The notes beneath the pieces were generated by a model. The model worked only from the letters and a program-made list of their open reading frames with translations. It was not told where the DNA came from and ran no database searches. A DNA stretch of 39,343 bases. It comes from an uncultured Eubacterium sp. (GTDB lineage Bacteria; Bacillota; Clostridia; Lachnospirales; Lachnospiraceae). Below, piece after piece: positions 29,840 to 38,332 of the stretch; the first letter of the stretch is position 1; each line of letters starts with the position of its first letter. Location: the NCBI GenBank assembly GCA_900321215.1, contig ONVE01000066.1:1-39343 (forward strand), in the 5' to 3' direction. Position numbers and translations under genes: made by a program.

Positions 29840-29909
29840 TTATTTCCTCCCTCATATAATTACTGCAGCCGGCTGAAGTAGCCCGGTTCCAGTTATAAGT
29901 CTTAAATAT

Positions 29910-31634
29910 TTATACCTTGACGAACTGTCCGTCACGGTAGATCCTGTAGCGTTCCGTACCCAGTCTGAGACGGATTATCCTGTCGCCGTTGATATGTGTA
30001 TTATAGAATATTCTGAGCTTCGTTGTGCCGCTCCAGTTTCTTAAGTTTATCACATTATCAAATACAAAGCCCTCGTAGATCACCGAATAAGAAACGTTCC
30101 ACAGGGAAATGTTTCTCACAGGATCGTTCAGATAAAGCCTGTATTTCTTGTAATCTACTTCATTTTTCCTGTTGTAGAGATTCTTCTTCAGCATACCACC
30201 GTAGCTTGGTGCGTTAAATACTATCTGCGCCCCCTGGAATCTCTTATATATCTTATCAATGAATTTTCCTACTTCATTAAATGTCTTGTACTGGAAGAAG
30301 TCCCTGCACACGAAGAGCAGTCCGAAGCCCGGATCGCATTTGATATCGTCCAGCCAGCTCATATCATCGATGGACTTATCTATCGTATGCTCTCTCTCCA
30401 TATCGCTTGTGTAAAGTTGTCTTATTGAGACCTTTCCCGGAGTATCAAGATTGTACCAGTTAACCTTTCCGTTATCCAGTCTCTTGAACATGGTATCAAG
30501 ACTGCATCCGAGATATACCACCGTACTCATAGGATACTGCAGTATGAATCTTCTTACTTCATCATCAAAGCATTTGCAGGTTGCAGCCCTCGTCAGATTT
30601 ATAAAATCACCGTTTTTCTTATATTTTGAATATGAAATATGATTATTTACAAGGAATTTTGTTGCTTCGTCGTCCTTGAATATTTCAGGATATTTCTTCG
30701 ACCACTCGCCTCTCTCCTTGATCTCATACATATACTGATCAATGATCCTGTTCCGGCTTCCGGTTATTAGATCCGCAATTATAAGCCTTGCATGATTGCT
30801 CTCATCCAGATTCATATCGTGGAAGAATCTGTGATGCATTCTCGGGAATTCAAAATAACTGCAATGCAGTCCCGCATTTACGGCCTTATCAGTCAGCTCT
30901 CTCGAATAGCAGTTATATATATCATCCGTTCCGGAAATGATGATCAGATGATCGCAGAGTCCTCTCATATCCTCATAGACAGGACTTGTGTATTCGATCT
31001 GTCCGGCGTATTCCTTGACCCAGTAACGGTTTATGAATTCCTTTAAACTGCTGCTATAATATATTCCATCACGGAAATACGATGTGAGGAGCTTATCCTC
31101 AAGCCTTTTATCAAAGAATTCCGTATCTATGACCGGTGACATGAGAAGCAGCTTTTCAGGCGGTTTTCTTCCTTCCTTCCAGGATATAAGCGTCATGGAA
31201 AGTGCTATTCCCGCGCCTGTTCCAGAACCTGCTACTATAAGATCCGTAATATTTTTCTTATGCAGAAGATGATCATATATAAGATTTACATCTTCAAAAA
31301 CATCCTTGCATGAATTCTCCGGAGCAAGCGGATAAAAAGGCACGAATACAGCCATACCGGTCTCTTTGGCAAGATAACCGATAAACTCGTACTCATCCTT
31401 TGAGACAGGAAGCGCATATTTACTGTCGTAAAAATAAAGGATATATTTACCGTTAAAATCATTTTCAGGAATAACGGTCAGGCACTGTGTTTTTCCGATC
31501 CTTTCTTTGTTAAAGTTTAAGCCCGGACAGGCAGCGCCTATAAAATCCTCTTTTGCAATACCCGCTCTCTTCTTTTGCAGATCACGCAAAATCTCATCAA
31601 CATTTTTTTTCTGAAGGGATGAAAGCCCTGCCAT
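29910..31634 (-). CDS. Fusion of a degenerate HSL-family alpha/beta hydrolase and an LCM/TcmP-like class I SAM methyltransferase
   Basis: N-terminal PFYPLAPE, LLLMSPVID, YTSPVY and GTDD motifs; C-terminal FDDEVRRFI...TVVYLGCSLDT...DNGKVNWYNLDTP. Start set at MAGLS (SD AGGAG); the track start is 31682. Confidence 0.75.
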   Translation of the reverse strand: MAGLSSLQKKNVDEILRDLQKKRAGIAKEDFIGAACPGLNFNKERIGKTQCLTVIPENDFNGKYILYFYDSKYALPVSKDEYEFIGYLAKETGMAVFVPFYPLAPENSCKDVFEDVNLIYDHLLHKKNITDLIVAGSGTGAGIALSMTLISWKEGRKPPEKLLLMSPVIDTEFFDKRLEDKLLTSYFRDGIYYSSSLKEFINRYWVKEYAGQIEYTSPVYEDMRGLCDHLIIISGTDDIYNCYSRELTDKAVNAGLHCSYFEFPRMHHRFFHDMNLDESNHARLIIADLITGSRNRIIDQYMYEIKERGEWSKKYPEIFKDDEATKFLVNNHISYSKYKKNGDFINLTRAATCKCFDDEVRRFILQYPMSTVVYLGCSLDTMFKRLDNGKVNWYNLDTPGKVSIRQLYTSDMEREHTIDKSIDDMSWLDDIKCDPGFGLLFVCRDFFQYKTFNEVGKFIDKIYKRFQGAQIVFNAPSYGGMLKKNLYNRKNEVDYKKYRLYLNDPVRNISLWNVSYSVIYEGFVFDNVINLRNWSGTTKLRIFYNTHINGDRIIRLRLGTERYRIYRDGQFVKV

Positions 31635-31696
31635 CTGCACACTCCTGTAAAAAAAATAGTATTCATCATAACCGATGAACATATGACACCTATGTT

Positions 31697-31725
31697 ATTA
31701 TAAGATAAATCTATAATAACTGCAA
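31697..31725 (-). promoter_or_regulatory. Sigma-A promoter of the hydrolase-methyltransferase fusion
   Basis: TTGCAG, 17 bp, TATAAT. Confidence 0.6.
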
Positions 31726-31726
31726 G

Positions 31727-31759
31727 TAAAAGGCAGAGGAGCTTTTAGTTCCTCTGCCT
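31727..31759 (-). terminator. Terminator after the response regulator
   Basis: AGGCAGAGGA / TCCTCTGCCT stem followed by a short T run on the minus strand. Confidence 0.8.
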
Positions 31760-31769
31760 GTACTAAAGA

Positions 31770-32459
31770 TTAATCCGCAAAATAATATCCGACTCCCCAT
31801 TTTGTATGTATATATATTGGATCTGCCGGATGTTCTTCTATCTTCTCCCTGAGTCTTCTTACATGAACATCAACTGTTCTTGCATCTCCCGGATAGGCAG
31901 CTCCCCAAATTGTCCTTAGCAGTTCATCTCTTGAATAAACCTTGTTCGGATTTGATACAAGAAGAAGTACAAGATCGAATTCCTTCGCGGTCAGGTTTGC
32001 TTCCTTGCCATCTATAAAGACTCTTCTGCTGTCGAGCTCAAGTCTGAGTCCCTTCTTCTCAATCACGCTATCCTTGGAAGCCTTCTGTCCCTCACTCTTG
32101 GAATTTCTTCTGAGTATCGCTTTGATCCTTGCTTTAACCTCCAGAATATTGAAAGGCTTGGTGATGTAATCGTCAGCTCCGTATTCGAGACCGAGTATCT
32201 TGTCCATGTCCTCGCCCTTAGCTGTCAGCATAATGATCGGCACGTCCGAAAACTCCCTGATCATCTGACACACTTCAAGTCCCGTAAATTTAGGAAGCAT
32301 TATATCCAGTAAAATGATATCGTAATAATTTTCCCTGGCTTTATTCACTGCCTCCTCACCATCATAGGCTGTATCAACCTCCATATCATCCTGCTCAAGG
32401 CTGAAACGGAGTCCTTTTACTATAAGCTTTTCATCATCCACTACAAGAATCTTCTTCAT
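31770..32459 (-). CDS. OmpR/PhoB family response regulator (WalR-like)
   Basis: ILVVDDE, LLDIMLP, MLTAK, GADDYITKPF; winged helix RTVDVHVRRLREKIE...TKWGVGYYF. Confidence 0.95.
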   Translation of the reverse strand: MKKILVVDDEKLIVKGLRFSLEQDDMEVDTAYDGEEAVNKARENYYDIILLDIMLPKFTGLEVCQMIREFSDVPIIMLTAKGEDMDKILGLEYGADDYITKPFNILEVKARIKAILRRNSKSEGQKASKDSVIEKKGLRLELDSRRVFIDGKEANLTAKEFDLVLLLVSNPNKVYSRDELLRTIWGAAYPGDARTVDVHVRRLREKIEEHPADPIYIHTKWGVGYYFAD

Positions 32460-32471
32460 GACATACCCCTT

Positions 32472-33098
32472 TTAAATGGTAATAAGATCTTTAATCTTTT
32501 CAAATATATTATCTTTTATACCGCTAATCTTTTTTATCTCATCGATACTTTTAAAATCACCGTTTTTCTCTCTGTAGCTTATTATATCGGCAGCTCTCGA
32601 CTCTCCTATTCCCGGGAGCTTCATAAGCTGTTCCTTACCGGCGGTATTGATATTTATCTTCGTTCCGGCTTCTTTCTCCGCAGGATCATTTTTCGAAAGG
32701 CTTATATCTTCCTTTTCATATACAAATGGAAAATATATTCTCATGCCATCCGTAACCTCTCCGGCCAGATTAACATATCCGTGAAGAGCATCCCCGGTAT
32801 ATCCGCCTGCTGCAGAAAGGGCATCATTTATAATGCTTCCCTCAGGAAGACTGTATACGCCTTCATTTATGACAGCTCCGCAGACATAAACCCTGCACAT
32901 CACCGTTTTTCCGGTGTCTGACTTTTGATCTGCTGTACTGCTCTCATGATCTGCTTTCTCACTGCTGGCCGAAGGAGTACCCTCTGCATAGCTTGTTGTC
33001 TCTCTGTCCTCAACTACCTTTACAGAACTGTCCGAAAGGCATCCCGTAAGAGAGATAAGAAGCATAAATACTGCTGCCGCATACTTTATATTTTTCAT
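32472..33098 (-). CDS. comEA: ComEA family DNA-binding protein (SLBB plus helix-hairpin-helix)
   Basis: VYVCGAVINEGVY, VNLA, ININTA and LPGIGESRA motifs; lipobox-like SLTGC. Confidence 0.92.
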   Translation of the reverse strand: MKNIKYAAAVFMLLISLTGCLSDSSVKVVEDRETTSYAEGTPSASSEKADHESSTADQKSDTGKTVMCRVYVCGAVINEGVYSLPEGSIINDALSAAGGYTGDALHGYVNLAGEVTDGMRIYFPFVYEKEDISLSKNDPAEKEAGTKININTAGKEQLMKLPGIGESRAADIISYREKNGDFKSIDEIKKISGIKDNIFEKIKDLITI

Positions 33099-33239
33099 CT
33101 ATGAAGTCTCCTTATCCTGTAACAAAGATCCGAACACCTCAAAAATGAAAGACAAGCCCACCGGCTAAAAATCCATTTAAAATGGATTCTCTTTGTAACC
33201 GAAGCGCTTATGTCATAAATATTCTCAGAGCATATGTAT

Positions 33240-33268
33240 ATTGTAATCAATTCGTAATATTTATTCAA
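33240..33268 (-). promoter_or_regulatory. Sigma-A promoter of comEA-regulator, overlapped by a near-consensus WalR-type box
   Basis: Minus strand TTGAAT, 17 bp, TACAAT; plus strand TGTAAT-CAATT-CGTAAT at 33242-33258. Confidence 0.55.
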
Positions 33269-33289
33269 TATACTTTTTTTATTTTTTTC

Positions 33290-33348
33290 ATGAAAAAACC
33301 TCCTCATATTAAATGCCGGAGCATCTTATATGCAGGAGATTTTTCATA
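33290..33348 (-). terminator. Probable terminator after argB
   Basis: Imperfect inverted repeat AAAAATCTCCTGCATAT / ATATGAGGAGGTTTTTT on the minus strand. Confidence 0.55.
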
Positions 33349-33399
33349 ATATTGCGGCAGAAACAAAATGTTTAATACCGCCTGAAAAGTGTGCAGTTA

Positions 33400-34287
33400 T
33401 TAGAATAAAGGATCCTTAAGAATAGCAGTACCGATACCTTTCTCAGTAAAGAACTCAAGCAGGAGGCAGTGCTCAACACGTCCGTCAAGGATATGGACTC
33501 TGGAAACACCATTTTTGAGCGCTTCAATACAGTTCTGAAGCTTAGGCATCATGCCACCGCCTACTACACCCTTTTCTATAAATTCCTCTGCCTCGGCAAC
33601 ATTCATTTCCGAAACAAGAGTCTTTTTATCACTTGGATCTACAAATACACCTTCGATATCTGTAAGGAATACAAGCTTTTCAGCTTTTACTGCAGATGCG
33701 ATAGCGCATGCGCAGTCATCAGCGTTTATGTTATAACCATGGAAATCATCTCCGAGACCGATAGGTGCGATAACCGGAATGAAATCATCCTGAATAAGTG
33801 TATTAAGGATCTTGATGTCTGATGAGATAACCTCACCAACATATCCGATATCCTTACCGCCAGAGGTCTTCTTATGTGTCTGAAGAAGTCCGGCATCCTT
33901 ACCGCTTATTCCGACAGCCTTGAGGCCAAGCTGAGTCATCATTGCAACAAGGCTCTTATTTACCTTGTTCAGTACCATTTCTGCAACCTCGAGAGTTTCC
34001 TCATCTGTTACACGAAGTCCGTTAACGAACTCAGACTGCTTGTTGATCTTGCCAAGCCATTTGTTGATCTCCTTGCCGCCGCCGTGAACGATGATCGGTT
34101 TAAGTCCTATAAGCTTAAGAAGAGCAACGTCCTTGATAACATTATATTTAAGATTTTCATCAAGCATAGCACTTCCGCCATACTTAACAACAATGGTACT
34201 TCCATTGAAACGCTGAATATAAGGCAGCGCTTCACTCAGTGTCTGAGCCTTAGCAAGCACCCTGTCCAAAGAATCATTACTTACCAT
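33400..34287 (-). CDS. argB: Acetylglutamate kinase
   Basis: EALPYI, VVKYGG, VHGGG, GLRVTD, NINAD and GGMMPK motifs. Start MVSND has SD GGAGG; the alternative start is 34338. Confidence 0.97.
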   Translation of the reverse strand: MVSNDSLDRVLAKAQTLSEALPYIQRFNGSTIVVKYGGSAMLDENLKYNVIKDVALLKLIGLKPIIVHGGGKEINKWLGKINKQSEFVNGLRVTDEETLEVAEMVLNKVNKSLVAMMTQLGLKAVGISGKDAGLLQTHKKTSGGKDIGYVGEVISSDIKILNTLIQDDFIPVIAPIGLGDDFHGYNINADDCACAIASAVKAEKLVFLTDIEGVFVDPSDKKTLVSEMNVAEAEEFIEKGVVGGGMMPKLQNCIEALKNGVSRVHILDGRVEHCLLLEFFTEKGIGTAILKDPLF

Positions 34288-34402
34288 TTTGCCGTCCTCC
34301 GAATTTAATTCCAGTTCCTGTTCATATCTGTAAATCATATCTAATCCCTCTCTACTTTATCACTAAGATTTATTCGAATCAACCTGTATCTGACAAAACA
34401 TT

Positions 34403-35635
34403 CTATGAACGATAATCTGCATTGATCTTAACGTAATCATATGTAAGATCGCATCCCCAGGCTGTTGCTTCGCCATTTCCTTCATGAAGGATGCATTCTG
34501 CAGTTATCTCATCCGGCTGAAGGACTGAAAGTGCTTCTTCCTCTGAGAAAACAGGAAGAACGCCTTTGTCGATAAGCTTTATAGAACCATTCTTGCTGCT
34601 GAGGATAACATCTGTCTGGTTTGGATCAAAATCCGCACCTGAATAACCCATAGCACAGAATATACGTCCGGCATTGGCATCCATTCCAAATACTGCTGCC
34701 TTTGTAAGATTTGATGTGATAACTGATTTTGCAAGTATCCTTGCAGTCTCTTCATCCTTTGCACCTGTAACATGGCAGGTGAAAAGTCTTGTTGCGCCCT
34801 CGCCGTCTTTAGCGATATTCTTGGCAAGGAACTCTGCAACCGCATAAAGTGCTTCCTTAAATGTATCAAGGTCTGCACCCTCGCCTGTAATTAAAGGATT
34901 CTCAGCAAGTCCATTTGCAAGGAGCATTACTGTATCATTTGTTGATGTATCACCGTCAACAGAAACCATATTAAATGTATCATCTATGATCTCTCTGAGT
35001 GTCTTAAGAGCGATCTCATGCTCGATTGCAACATCTGACATAATGAAGCCGAGCATTGTTCCCATGTTAGGATGGATCATTCCGGAGCCCTTGCACATAG
35101 CGCCGATAGTACACTGCTTTCCGCCTATAGTAAATTTAACGGCGATCTCCTTAGGCTGTGTATCTGTTGTCATGATAGCCTTTGCAGCCTCATGTGCCTC
35201 CTCTTCGCTGTCGGTAAGCTTTGAAGCAAGCTCCTCAACTCCGCCGCAGATCTTGTCTACAGGTATCTGAGGACCGATAACGCCTGTTGAAGCTGTAAGT
35301 ACTGTCTCATAAGGGATTCCAAGAACCTCTCCGACCTTCTTTGCTTCAATCTCACAGCTCTTAAGTCCCTCTTCGCCTGTTGCTGCATTTGCTACGCCTG
35401 TATTTACAATAACTGCCTGAGCAGTCTTTACATTATAAGCAATGTTCATATCCCACTTTACAGGAGCGGCCTTAACCAGATTTCTTGTAAATGTACCTAC
35501 ACATACTGCAGGAACATCACTCTTGATGAGTGTTACATCTCTGTTGGTTCCCTTTGGCTTAATGCCAACCCTTGTACTTGAACATTTATATCCCTTGGCA
35601 GCTGTAACACCGCCGGAAATGATTTCGTATGCCAT
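34403..35635 (-). CDS. argJ: Glutamate N-acetyltransferase / ornithine acetyltransferase
   Basis: STGVIG, IMTTDT, KGSGMIHPNMGTML (autocleavage Thr), VDGDTSTND, DGEGAT and WGCDLTYDYV motifs; start set at MAYEI (SD AAGGAG). Confidence 0.97.
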   Translation of the reverse strand: MAYEIISGGVTAAKGYKCSSTRVGIKPKGTNRDVTLIKSDVPAVCVGTFTRNLVKAAPVKWDMNIAYNVKTAQAVIVNTGVANAATGEEGLKSCEIEAKKVGEVLGIPYETVLTASTGVIGPQIPVDKICGGVEELASKLTDSEEEAHEAAKAIMTTDTQPKEIAVKFTIGGKQCTIGAMCKGSGMIHPNMGTMLGFIMSDVAIEHEIALKTLREIIDDTFNMVSVDGDTSTNDTVMLLANGLAENPLITGEGADLDTFKEALYAVAEFLAKNIAKDGEGATRLFTCHVTGAKDEETARILAKSVITSNLTKAAVFGMDANAGRIFCAMGYSGADFDPNQTDVILSSKNGSIKLIDKGVLPVFSEEEALSVLQPDEITAECILHEGNGEATAWGCDLTYDYVKINADYRS

Positions 35636-35696
35636 ACCGATTCTCCTTCTAATCATTAAATTTTTATATATTTTCATTATTCTTTTTATTTTTCAG

Positions 35697-35825
35697 TGCA
35701 TCATACTCACCGATTATATTCTTATCATGAATAATATGCAAGCACTTTATTGAAAATATTCATATTTTTTGTAAATATCTATGCATTTTTATGTATATAT
35801 GCACTTTTTATGCACTAAATATGCA
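35697..35825 (-). promoter_or_regulatory. argJ promoter with ARG-box-like operator sites
   Basis: TTGCAT (35751-35746), 17 bp, TATAAT (35728-35723). Imperfect palindromes TGAATAATATGCA (35738-35750), TGCATCATACTCA (35697-35709) and TGCATTTTTATGTA (35782-35795). Confidence 0.65.
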
Positions 35826-35926
35826 ACACTGTATTACGTTATCTATTTCTATATAAAACTATTTTTAATTCTTTCAATATCTTCTCCTTTCGGGAACTGC
35901 ATTTTTACTTAGTTTCTTATTCCCAT

Positions 35927-35958
35927 AAAAATCACCGCAGGAACTGCTCCTGCGGTGA
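35927..35958 (-). terminator. Terminator after argC
   Basis: TCACCGCAGGA / TCCTGCGGTGA perfect stem followed by TTTTT on the minus strand. Confidence 0.9.
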
Positions 35959-35984
35959 GAAAAAAGCTTTATTATATTCTGTTT

Positions 35985-36920
35985 TTATTCAAGTCCGGTA
36001 TTCTCCGGGATTCCAAGCATGATATTCATGTTCTGAACAGCGGCTCCTGATGCTCCCTTTCCAAGATTATCAAAAAGAGCTGTTAATGTAGTCTGCTCAT
36101 CATTTCCGCAGACGATGATATCAAGATAATTGGTTCCTGCAAGCTGGTTTGCATAGATATTTGCAGGGGCTGCCTCAAATTCCCTTACTCTTACAAAATG
36201 CTCATTCTTATAATACTCATAAATGGCGTTTCTTACATCTTCAGCTGTCTTTATACCATTCAGCTTATCGTTATGAAGCATTACAGTAGTTGCCATTCCC
36301 TTATAATAATCATCAACAACAGGCATAAATACAGGCTTTACCTTAAGTCCTGAATATTTAACCATCTCAGGAAGATGCTTATGCTTAAGAGTAAGACCGT
36401 AAATACATGGTGATGAAAGCTTCTCATCCCTGCCATCAGCCTCATAATCAGCGATCATCTTCTTTCCGCCGCCTGAGTATCCTGTAAGCGAATAGCATGT
36501 AACAGGATAATCATCAGGAAGGATTCCAAGCTTAACCAGCGGAGCTGTTACTGATATAAAACCACTTGCATGGCATCCAACATTTGCTACTCTCTTGGAT
36601 GTTCTGATCTTCTCACGCTGCTCCGGAGAAAGCTCAGGATATCCGTAAACCCAGTCATCATTTACTCTGTGGGCAGTAGATGCATCTATGATCCTTACGT
36701 TATCATTCTCAACAAGGCTGACTGCCTCGATCGAACCTGCATCAGGAAGACATAAGAATACTATATCAGCACTATTGATATATTTTTTTCTTTCATCTAT
36801 ATCATGTCTTTTATCCTCAGGGATTCTGAGAAGTTCGATATCATCTCTCGCACCGATCCTGTCATAGATCTGAAGTCCGGTCGTTCCGCTCTGTCCATCA
36901 ATATAAACCTTTGTCTTCAT
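35985..36920 (-). CDS. argC: N-acetyl-gamma-glutamyl-phosphate reductase (type 2, short form)
   Basis: VYIDGQSGTTGL, IIDASTAHR, ANVGCH, GYSGGGK and DNLGKGASGAAVQNMN motifs. Confidence 0.96.
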   Translation of the reverse strand: MKTKVYIDGQSGTTGLQIYDRIGARDDIELLRIPEDKRHDIDERKKYINSADIVFLCLPDAGSIEAVSLVENDNVRIIDASTAHRVNDDWVYGYPELSPEQREKIRTSKRVANVGCHASGFISVTAPLVKLGILPDDYPVTCYSLTGYSGGGKKMIADYEADGRDEKLSSPCIYGLTLKHKHLPEMVKYSGLKVKPVFMPVVDDYYKGMATTVMLHNDKLNGIKTAEDVRNAIYEYYKNEHFVRVREFEAAPANIYANQLAGTNYLDIIVCGNDEQTTLTALFDNLGKGASGAAVQNMNIMLGIPENTGLE

Positions 36921-36983
36921 TGTATATTTCCTCTTTTCTTAATGATCATATAAACATCTGACTTATCTGCCGGAATAACATAC

Positions 36984-37012
36984 AGTATAGCCTTTCTTTA
37001 CTTTTCTGTAAA
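36984..37012 (-). promoter_or_regulatory. Sigma-A promoter of argC
   Basis: TTTACA, 17 bp, TATACT. Confidence 0.55.
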
Positions 37013-37027
37013 TCCTTCATTTTTAGT

Positions 37028-38191
37028 TTATCCCAGCTTTTTCTTCTCAATATATAGTTTCTCGTCTGCAAGCTCTATCAGTTCGCTTAATTTCTGACCG
37101 CGGACCGCCCTTGCAGCTCCGATAGAAACCGTAAGCTCATACGGCGACGCTGCCTCATGGTTAAGTATCTTAAGATTACTGTTAATGCTCTCCTTAAGCT
37201 GTTCCACGCCCTCTTCATCAAATGACCAGGCAAGTATCACGAATTCATCTCCGCCGTATCTGCAGATATCGTTCTTCTTCTTTATATTCATACAGCTGAT
37301 CCTAAGTGCATCGGCAATCCGAAGCAGTGCCGCATCACCCTCGATATGGCCGTAGGTATCATTTATCCCTTTAAATCTGTTTGCATCAATGATGAGAAGG
37401 TAGAGATCATTTTCTTCATCCATACTGTTCCACTGCTCATAGCTGTAATCCAGCTGTTTTCTGTTGCTGAGCCTTGTAAGCGGATCTACCGAGATCATAT
37501 GATCAAGCCACTGCAGATACATTATAAGCGTTGCGATAGACAGCGCTGCACACGCGAGCGGAAGCTCCGGATAGATGAACTGCAGTATTCCTGCACCTGC
37601 AGGGAACACAGGGAAAAGCGCCAGGCATATCAGCAGCCGTCTCTTCGACAGCTTGCTCCTGTTAAAGATCCCCAAAAACGCCCTTGTGCAGGTAACAAAT
37701 ACATAGATGTACGAGAAAATATACTGCAGTATGAAGAGCTTTCCTCTCTGGTAAACATTTCCTTCATCAACATAGAAGAATATGCCTGTAAAAAGATTTA
37801 CAACAAGCAGTATTCCCATTATCCATACCAGAAATGATGATTTAAGCACCCTCTGGTAGCTGTTGACAAACGGCGAATCCTGCATGTATTCAAAATATAC
37901 AAACCAGAAGAAGCACATCAGGGCTGTTGAGAAGAAATACAGGCTCTTCGTCATTATGACTGCCCATTTACTGTACTTTATAATGCCGCATTTCATCATT
38001 ACATATAATGTATCCGACAGGAAGAACACTATCTCTGCATTAATAGACATGGTAAAATTCCGCTGGGCTACCATCTTGGTAAGTCCTTTGGTCTTATGTC
38101 TGATAATGCCGACCAGGACGACTGCGACTATATTTATTTCAAGATAAAGTATTGCATATGCTGTTTCTATATCCATACTATTTTCCCTCAT
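37028..38191 (-). CDS. Membrane-bound diguanylate cyclase (GGDEF)
   Basis: About 7 hydrophobic N-terminal segments; DPLT, FKGINDTYGH..GD, RYGGDEF and SIG motifs. The true start may be ATG 38176. Confidence 0.93.
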   Translation of the reverse strand: MRENSMDIETAYAILYLEINIVAVVLVGIIRHKTKGLTKMVAQRNFTMSINAEIVFFLSDTLYVMMKCGIIKYSKWAVIMTKSLYFFSTALMCFFWFVYFEYMQDSPFVNSYQRVLKSSFLVWIMGILLVVNLFTGIFFYVDEGNVYQRGKLFILQYIFSYIYVFVTCTRAFLGIFNRSKLSKRRLLICLALFPVFPAGAGILQFIYPELPLACAALSIATLIMYLQWLDHMISVDPLTRLSNRKQLDYSYEQWNSMDEENDLYLLIIDANRFKGINDTYGHIEGDAALLRIADALRISCMNIKKKNDICRYGGDEFVILAWSFDEEGVEQLKESINSNLKILNHEAASPYELTVSIGAARAVRGQKLSELIELADEKLYIEKKKLG

Positions 38192-38332
38192 CTGATCTAA
38201 CTGCGATCATATATTAAAATCTCATCTGATTCTGCTTCGACCAAATATAAAAAACTCATCTGATCCTGCTTCGACCAAATACAAAAAACTCATCTGATCA
38301 TCCTGCGGTCAAATATCAAAAATACTCATCTG
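38187..38332. repeat. Imperfect 34-bp tandem repeat (4 units plus a partial one)
   Basis: Core ctcatctg at 38187, 38221, 38255, 38289 and 38325; units 2 and 3 differ at only 2 positions. Confidence 0.9.

Noticed and set aside
25780-29877. Palindrome CAGCCGGCTG just after two gene ends (~25781 and ~29867)
   Set aside because: Too short, with no loop or T tract, and no supportable function.
33110-33235. 6S RNA or SRP RNA
   Set aside because: Too short and lacks a clear central bubble for 6S; no SRP helix-8 motif.
33095-33307. 70-aa ORF upstream of comEA
   Set aside because: It starts inside the argB terminator stem, runs across the predicted promoter and has no clear SD.
38187-38332. Possible mini-CRISPR array
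   Set aside because: The intervening sequences resemble each other, the period is only 34 bp, and there are no cas genes.
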